A stretch of DNA of 64,000 nucleotides from Minutocellus sp. GHC0000111 (lineage: Eukaryota). Shown here in pieces: positions 57,349 to 64,000 of this stretch. The notes below the pieces were generated by a model. It was not told the origin of the DNA and searched no databases. It was given only the letters and a program-made list of their open reading frames with translations. The stretch lies in assembly GCA_977018835.1 (NCBI GenBank), contig OZ361258.1:1550001-1614000 (forward strand). Reading direction: 5' to 3'. Both the position numbers and the translations under genes were made by a program. The stretch's first letter is position 1. Each line of letters opens with the position of its first letter.

Positions 57349-59287
57349 ATGTCGCCACATTATTCACAGACGCCATCAGCCGTGGTTGCCCTGCTGTTGG
57401 CGGCAGCGGCTACCAACACATGTCAGGCATTTGTTCCGGCGCCATTGAGAGCATCACAAAATATTGCGGCGCATGTTCGAAAAGAACCAATGCAAATGTC
57501 GCCTGAGAGCGGCATACTTGGTCGTCACAGAACTGCCGGCAGTGGTCGTCGTCTACAGAAATTGTTTGCATCGTCTGATGACGCACGCTCCCCAAATACT
57601 GCCGCTGGTGAAACCTGCGACGTTTTGGTTCTAGGATCTGGACCGGCCGCCAGGGCCATTGCCACCCTTCTTTCCTCTCCTAAACGTCCCGATGGCAGTC
57701 CCCATGGGCTCAACGTGCTCATGGCCGATGCCAACTTTGACCGTGCGTGGCCGCCCAACTACGGCGTGTGGGAGGATGAGTGGGATGCCATCAACGATTT
57801 GTATCAGTCCTTCGGCCGGACCCTCGGAGATGCCAAGTGCATTGACCGGTATTGGTCGGTCACGGATTGTTACTTTGGCGGGTCGTTCGATATCCCCACC
57901 GAGGAGCGATTCCGAGTGGACCGACCATACTGTCGGATTGATAAGGACGCGCGATGTTCTGACGCTGACGGGAGAGGAGGAGGATGGATACCGCGTCATT
58001 CGGGCCAATCACATTTCCCGTGCTACCAGCACCAACCTGTATCAGCCCATGGGAACACTGACGCATGATACGGATGGATCGACCATCGTGCTGCAGGCCA
58101 AGGACGGGGAGCAGACCACCGTCCGAACACGTTTGATTGTGGACTGTACTGGACATGAGTCGGACCTTGTCCTCAAGGATGGCCGGGCCAAGTCCAAGCC
58201 AGCCGGGTTTCAGATCGCTTACGGTGCCCTGGTCACTGTTGATGAGACCGACTCACCCGATAAGAGTCAGATTGGCCCGTATGATAAGGAGGCCATGACA
58301 TTGTTTGATTATCGAACCGACCATTTCCCGGAGGGATCCGATGCTGAGAAGAATGCCGAACGTGCTCCCACGTTCATGTATGCCATGCCCCTAAAAGACA
58401 ACCGTATCTTCTTTGAAGAGGCCAGTCTTGTTGCACGGCCGGCCATCAGTTTTCAGGAATGCAAGGACCGGTGCTTCACCCGTCTGGAGCATCTGGGCAT
58501 CAAGGTCGTCGATGTCGAAGAGGAGGAATTCTGCTACATTCCCATGGGTGGACCACTGCCCGCCAAGGACCAGCGCATCGTGGGCTTCGGCGGTGCTGCC
58601 GCCATGGTGCATCCCAGTACAGGATATCATCTTTGTAGGGCTTTGATGGCGGCTGGAGACGTTGCCAAGGCGATCCGTACCGAGTTGGACAAGGATAAGA
58701 GTGAGGTGAACCTCGATATCGCCGCGGCTGCAGCGTATCATGCCATGTGGTCTCCAGCAAACATCCGGCAGCGCAATTTTGCGGTATTTGGTGGTGAATT
58801 CTTAATGAAGCAAAATGTAGAAGGCCTGCGAGGGTTCTTCGATGGATTCTTCCGCCTTCCGTTGGAGATGTGGGGTGGATTCCTTGCTGGGTGGCCGGGA
58901 CTGCCTATCAATGATCGGCATGAAACGTGGACGGCGCGACTTTGGTTTGGTCTAACATTTGTTTCCAAGCTCCCACTCCAGGTGGCCGCCGATATGCTGG
59001 CGTCTATCATCACCTATTCGGTAACAGGAGGAGAGGATTTGATCCAATCTGTGACGCCGCTGCTTGGCGATCCTCAAAGCTACGAGCATGTAGAGCGTCC
59101 AAAGAATATGGGCGATGTGGCCGCAAAAGCTGAGGCACGAAGAATGATCCAAGAAAGCAAGGTTACCGAGACACTGCCCGTGGCGTTTGGTTCTTCTTCA
59201 AAGCAATCGGCTGGAAAGAAAAAGGAAGAAAGTAAATCTGAGGGTGCGGATTCTTCCGAAGATGTTCCTCTGAAATTATTCCAGTAG
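57349..59287 (+). pseudogene. LCYB: Lycopene beta-cyclase, plastid-targeted, frameshifted near 57950
   Basis: Presequence CQA|FVP; FAD-binding DVLVLGSGPA, WPPNYGVWEDEW, FQIAYG, MTLFDYR, PTFMYAMP, FFEEASLVARP, EEEFCYIPMGGPLP, GGAAAMVHPSTGY, FFDGFFRLP. N- and C-terminal halves are in different frames with no intron. May be a true gene with a sequencing error. Confidence 0.88.
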
Positions 59288-59335
59288 CAAAAATATTAGA
59301 AACGTATTACACGAGAAGATGACTACAACTATTAC

Positions 59336-61237
59336 TTATTTGTTACAACTTGAATCGCACTGTAGAGGACAAATGTCTGCCACAATCGCTGTGCCGCGAT
59401 ATTTGACTACTCTATCGCACATCTTGGCATCTTTGGCGACATCGGAGCAAGTTTTGGATCTATCATTCCAGTTTCCCTTATCATCCAAAAGTGAAAAGAA
59501 TTGGTTGCTATCCAGACATTGCTTTTCAAGTGCACCATTGGAATCGATAGTGAAATAGACGCACGACACTGCACCTTTGTAACCATCTGTGTCGACCGCC
59601 TGAGCGCATATCCTGTGCCTACCAGCTGACATTTCAGATATATCTAATGGTATGCTCGCCCGCACGGTTGGAGAGTCCAATGAAGGCTTCTTTTCGACAA
59701 ATGATGATGGATCACCATTAGCATTGTAGGGGTGCTGGTTGAGGAAAATCCGTACTGCCGATATGGATTGTTGTCCAGAAGGAATCATTGGATAACCCTC
59801 TCTGGGCTGACCGCGTTTGTCCTTGATCAAAGTGCGATGTTCATCGCTAACCTCTACCTCGACATTTATTGGTGATCCCTCCGAGGGCTGAAATAGTGCA
59901 AGTCGAATCACATCTGGACCTTGAGGTATTTTATACGGAGCCCTGGCAACCTTGGCTGCGTACAATAGTGCCTCGATATTGTATGACAATACTTGTTTTG
60001 TGAAGTAGGTGCAATCCTCTGCTTGTTCGTGGCCAACCTCAAAGGTAAAAGATGCAGCTCCAAAAGTGGCATACATGTAGTCAATAGAGTTGCCCGCAGC
60101 ATCATACCAGTACGTGTAACCCGATGCGAGAGGCCTATGGCCATTGTAGCTGCAAAATTTATGGTCAAGAGCCATCAGTTCCCACAAATTTGGTGCGGTC
60201 ATATTCTTGAAGTACCAAGGCATGCCGACGATCTTGCCCGAGGAGTGCACATCGATGAAAACTCCAGATGTTGCATCTTCTTCAAATGGCTCAAACACGG
60301 AGTTAGAATCACCATTGTCACGTCTTTGCTCAGGTGGGAAAAGACTCTCCGCATACTCTATGATGGCTGCTACCTCTGGCTCGGGCACATACGGACTTGG
60401 TCCCCGATAGTTGTCATCGCACGGATTGTCACTGCCTCCACTCTCACCCCACATAAAAGGAAAGTTTCGATTCAAATCAACGCCGTACACATAAGCCGTA
60501 TCGCTGCCATTGTCGGTGATCTTATCCCTTCCATAATCATATGCTCCGTCGGCAGGGCAGGTAGTCCCCTTGTAATCATGAACATTTTTCCTCCACCCGT
60601 ATTCTTTTCCAAGTGATGGATCTTTCTCAACAATCCGCCTTCCATCTGGATTGGCAAAAAGGAGCAAATGAATTTCGCTGTAGTCCAAAACCTGCCCAAC
60701 ATCTGCATCGGTCTCATACGATTCCAAGAGATGTTCCGCAAAACGAATACCCAACTCGGGCGGCGCCAATTCTCTCGCATGCAGACCAAATGTGATGAAC
60801 ACCTTGCCCTTTTCCTCGATTTTGGCCCCAATATAAGGTTTCGATGAAGTCAGCACCAAAACCTTGTTATCAAACCCACGATAGCTGTTGCCAATGTCGG
60901 CCATCCGTGCCAGATGTGGATATGCCGAAACTACATCGTGCATTGCATCGAACGTCCCGGCAAGTGTTCGGAAGCAGTGGAATGGCTTCGGCATGTGCGT
61001 TGCTACCTTGTTCTTCTTGCCTTTGTGCTTCTCAGATTGCGTTGCTTCCTCGATGTGAGCCGCCACCACCTCGGATGCGAACTTTTGGTCCTCCTCAGCG
61101 GCTGATTCGGCAACGATGTTGGGGCTCTGGGTCTGCTGCTGCCGCCGCCGCCGCTTGCGAGATTGTGGCGGGAGGTGATCAGCTTCTGCTGCAGATGCCA
61201 ACAACCCCAAGATACACAGTAGAGTAGTGGCGACCAT
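59336..61237 (-). CDS. Secreted M14 zinc carboxypeptidase with C-terminal Cys-rich module
   Basis: Signal peptide from MVATTLL (61237); GLHARE, NPDG, WRKN, GVDLNRNF, EPE, DVHS, FTFEVG motifs. Confidence 0.93.
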   Translation of the reverse strand: MVATTLLCILGLLASAAEADHLPPQSRKRRRRQQQTQSPNIVAESAAEEDQKFASEVVAAHIEEATQSEKHKGKKNKVATHMPKPFHCFRTLAGTFDAMHDVVSAYPHLARMADIGNSYRGFDNKVLVLTSSKPYIGAKIEEKGKVFITFGLHARELAPPELGIRFAEHLLESYETDADVGQVLDYSEIHLLLFANPDGRRIVEKDPSLGKEYGWRKNVHDYKGTTCPADGAYDYGRDKITDNGSDTAYVYGVDLNRNFPFMWGESGGSDNPCDDNYRGPSPYVPEPEVAAIIEYAESLFPPEQRRDNGDSNSVFEPFEEDATSGVFIDVHSSGKIVGMPWYFKNMTAPNLWELMALDHKFCSYNGHRPLASGYTYWYDAAGNSIDYMYATFGAASFTFEVGHEQAEDCTYFTKQVLSYNIEALLYAAKVARAPYKIPQGPDVIRLALFQPSEGSPINVEVEVSDEHRTLIKDKRGQPREGYPMIPSGQQSISAVRIFLNQHPYNANGDPSSFVEKKPSLDSPTVRASIPLDISEMSAGRHRICAQAVDTDGYKGAVSCVYFTIDSNGALEKQCLDSNQFFSLLDDKGNWNDRSKTCSDVAKDAKMCDRVVKYRGTAIVADICPLQCDSSCNK

Positions 61238-61500
61238 GACATTAAAGTGTTTTTGTTTGGTAAGCGGAAGCAACGAGGTCGCGATACGTTGGGTGGGCTG
61301 TCTGGGTAGCCGGAATTCGACAGGCGTGTGGTTGGGCCGCGAGAAGGCGGTACGAGTAGTGCGGATCCTCCGGGTTTCTCGAAGCGCGCAATCCGCCAAC
61401 GCACGCGATGAAGAGGGCATGGTTCGAGGGTGGCGGATCAGGACACCAGCACAGCCAACACCCACCCACCACCTCGTAGCCTCATCAATTGACCGCCACC

Positions 61501-62472
61501 ATGCCCTTCGCTGCTGCTTCGTCTCTGGCTCGAGTTTCCTCTCTTGCCCAGCAAGCTGCTGGCAGGCATATGCGTCGCCGCTTATGTTATGAGAAGTTCA
61601 CCACCTCGTCCGCAGCGGGTGCAATCGACAAGCCCAAATTTCAATACTTGAGCGCTTGGTTCTGTCCGTTTGCTCACAGGGCTACCTTGGCGCTCGAGCA
61701 CCATGCCGAACGAGTGGAATATGAATGGATCGAAGCCTTGGGGTGGGAACAGCGCAAGGACGATAACAATGTCACTGGGACTGGGAAGGAGTGGTGGTAC
61801 CATTGGAAAAGCCCCCAGTTGGTGCGAGTGAATCCATCGGCATTGGTCCCCACTCTCATTCCTATTCATCGAGAGACAAATGAACCTGATGAATCGCGGC
61901 CGGTGTACGAAAGTCTGGTTTGCATGGATTTCGTCGACGCCATTAGTGGCGCAACGGGGACAGATCGGCTAGTCCCAGAGGATCCGTTTGAGGCTGCTAG
62001 AATGAGGGTGTGGGCTGACAAACTCAACAAGGAGTGCTGCAGTCCCTACTACGGAGTCCTCGTTCGTAAAGAGGATGACGAACGGAGGGAACACTTTGAG
62101 AAGCTCATATCTGGCCTCAAGTCCTTTTCTCGCGAGTTGGAGAAGACACCTGGACCGGTTCTTTTGGCCGATGGACAGCTAAGTTCAGCTGATCTGGCAT
62201 TGGTACCTTGGGCCTGTCGATATTATATATTCGAGCATTATCGTGGATCGGAGTATGTGATCCCCAAGAATGATCCTGAGTTGGCAGCATATCACGAGTG
62301 GTGCGATCACGTTTTGGCTCTGCCTTCGATTGCCAGAACTCTCCCCGATAAGGATCGGTATTTGGAACACATTGGGAAGTATGCCGATTCCTCGGCAAGA
62401 AGCAAAGTTGCCAACGCCGTCCGGCGGGGCGTTGCCGCACACGATCTGGATGACGAAAAGGATGAATATTAG
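61501..62472 (+). CDS. Glutathione S-transferase, omega-like (Cys active site), with organellar presequence
   Basis: WFCPFAHR, VNP..LVPTL, YESLV, LSSADLALVPW; Arg/Ser/Ala-rich N-terminus. Confidence 0.9.
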   Translation: MPFAAASSLARVSSLAQQAAGRHMRRRLCYEKFTTSSAAGAIDKPKFQYLSAWFCPFAHRATLALEHHAERVEYEWIEALGWEQRKDDNNVTGTGKEWWYHWKSPQLVRVNPSALVPTLIPIHRETNEPDESRPVYESLVCMDFVDAISGATGTDRLVPEDPFEAARMRVWADKLNKECCSPYYGVLVRKEDDERREHFEKLISGLKSFSRELEKTPGPVLLADGQLSSADLALVPWACRYYIFEHYRGSEYVIPKNDPELAAYHEWCDHVLALPSIARTLPDKDRYLEHIGKYADSSARSKVANAVRRGVAAHDLDDEKDEY

Positions 62473-62794
62473 GATCTTATTTTGCTAGCCAGGCCACTTG
62501 TAGCATTCCTACATGTACCGGTACTTTTGCCACAATTTTCTCACTTCTTCCCCCCTTGCGGCTCTCCAAAACCGTCGACGCACAGACAAAAAAAGCATTA
62601 CGGCATTACGGCCATTCGCAATCGACTCGCTCGACTCGGCTCGCAAGCCTGCCCGCCAAAACCCACCCCATTTTTTCGATAGCCACTTCGCCGACAACTT
62701 CACATGAGATGAATTAGTGCCAAGATATGCCGGCATTCACGCCACTTCTCACCCATTTAATTGTGTGACTAGCTAGCTAGGCAAGTTGGCAGCA

Positions 62795-63760
62795 ATGAGG
62801 AGAATGATAAGGTCTTTGTCAGCAATAGCATTGATTGCCCTAGCGGCAGACCCAACATCAGCGACAGGCGACAAGTTGCAGAAGAATCTGAAAGTAGAAA
62901 AGACAGACGCCATGGATCCCCGACCGAAATGCGTCGACGATCCGTCCTACAAAAGTAAAGCAGGTCTTCTTTGTGCCCAGCATGCTTCGTTGGATTGCAG
63001 AGGCTTCGAGCATTTGGGATTCAGCCCACAAGAAGTCGACGAGCTGTTGACCAAATGCCCAGTCAGCTGTCGAGTCGAACCTTGTGTTTCGATCGACGAC
63101 CAAGATACTGTACAGGCAGACAAAGATGAGAGGTCAATATCTCCTACTTCACAAGCAGTAAAACAGCAGATTCGAAACCAGGTTCAAACACAGTATGTTC
63201 GTCGGCGTACCTTTGAGCACTATGAGGGGGCTTGTTTCGAGGGCTGGCATGCCTCCTGCCAAGACAATCCGTCATATGTGTCGCCGATTCAGACAGATTG
63301 TTCCGTTGCTCGCATGTTTGAAGGTGGCAAGTGTGCACAGGCCATTGTGATTGGTCTCACTTTAGCAGAGGTAAACGAAATGATAGTGAACTGCCCATGC
63401 AGTTGTGAGGTCGAGTGCGGAACTGTGCAGCCTGTCACCTCTGAGATACACTCTGGTGATTCGGAAGACGGTGGTGCAGTAATCAGTCCAGTCATTGCAG
63501 CAAGTAACGAAATGTTGGAGGAAAATATAGTAGACGATGGAGGATTTAGCATCCAAGCCGTAATGGAGGAGTATGGAATATTCATCTATGCCGGAGTAGG
63601 TGCTGTGGTCGTTTTCATCGGTGTCATTTTTGTGGTAAGGAGTTACCAAAGGCGCAACATGGAACATCGTGATAGAGCGTACTCCTTCGACGACTATGGC
63701 AGTAGAACAGAGGTATCAGGCCAATCCACGTCTCGCGTCAGTTTTTGGGGATACAATTAA
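62795..63760 (+). CDS. Type I membrane protein with two ShK-like Cys-rich modules
   Basis: Signal peptide; CVDDPSY...CPVSC and CQDNPSY...CPCSC; C-terminal TM segment IFIYAGVGAVVVFIGVIFVV. Confidence 0.8.
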   Translation: MRRMIRSLSAIALIALAADPTSATGDKLQKNLKVEKTDAMDPRPKCVDDPSYKSKAGLLCAQHASLDCRGFEHLGFSPQEVDELLTKCPVSCRVEPCVSIDDQDTVQADKDERSISPTSQAVKQQIRNQVQTQYVRRRTFEHYEGACFEGWHASCQDNPSYVSPIQTDCSVARMFEGGKCAQAIVIGLTLAEVNEMIVNCPCSCEVECGTVQPVTSEIHSGDSEDGGAVISPVIAASNEMLEENIVDDGGFSIQAVMEEYGIFIYAGVGAVVVFIGVIFVVRSYQRRNMEHRDRAYSFDDYGSRTEVSGQSTSRVSFWGYN

Positions 63761-63850
63761 CGACGAGAACAACGCACACGAAGAGAGTGTACTAAAGCAT
63801 AGAGATATATTATATAGAAGAGTGATTATTCCTTTTGCATGGTCATAATT

Positions 63851-63922
63851 ATTGTTGTACTGTTATTTGGACAAAATGAATTTTGTCCAAATAACATTTT
63901 GTCCAAATAACAGTACAACAAT
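63851..63922. repeat. Perfect 28-bp inverted repeat whose 16-bp spacer is a partial copy of the arm
   Basis: attgttgtactgttatttggacaaaatg / aattttgtccaaataa / cattttgtccaaataacagtacaacaat. Confidence 0.95.
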
Positions 63923-64000
63923 GCCTGAGGTTAAATTGCTAACTACGTAGTCAGTTGGAGAAGAGAGAGAGAGCGATCTTTGCTTGACACCATGGGCAGC

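Overview
Eukaryotic nuclear DNA, almost certainly from a diatom: compact genes, short GT-AG introns, bipartite 'A-F' (ASAFAP-type) plastid presequences, Hv1-like and lycopene-cyclase genes. Over half the window is a very recent head-to-tail tandem duplication (19976-37508 / 37513-55944). By eye the copies differ by about 10 substitutions and one 899-bp indel at a 4-nt microhomology. The junction carries a short insertion that matches the opposite arm of a hairpin at the left breakpoint. Three DNA-transposon-type elements are visible: a TA-flanked MITE with palindromic subterminal repeats (7608-8355); a decayed, TpA-depleted mariner-like element (9065-11398); and a PIF/Harbinger/ISL2EU-like transposase remnant paired convergently with an XPG/FEN1/Exo1-type nuclease (about 54.3-56.8 kb), the best candidate for an undescribed element type. 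Several host genes carry lesions: a lycopene cyclase frameshift, a premature TAA in a C2-domain gene, and an Hv1-like channel with no visible S1. All family assignments come from motif recognition by eye; no searches were run.
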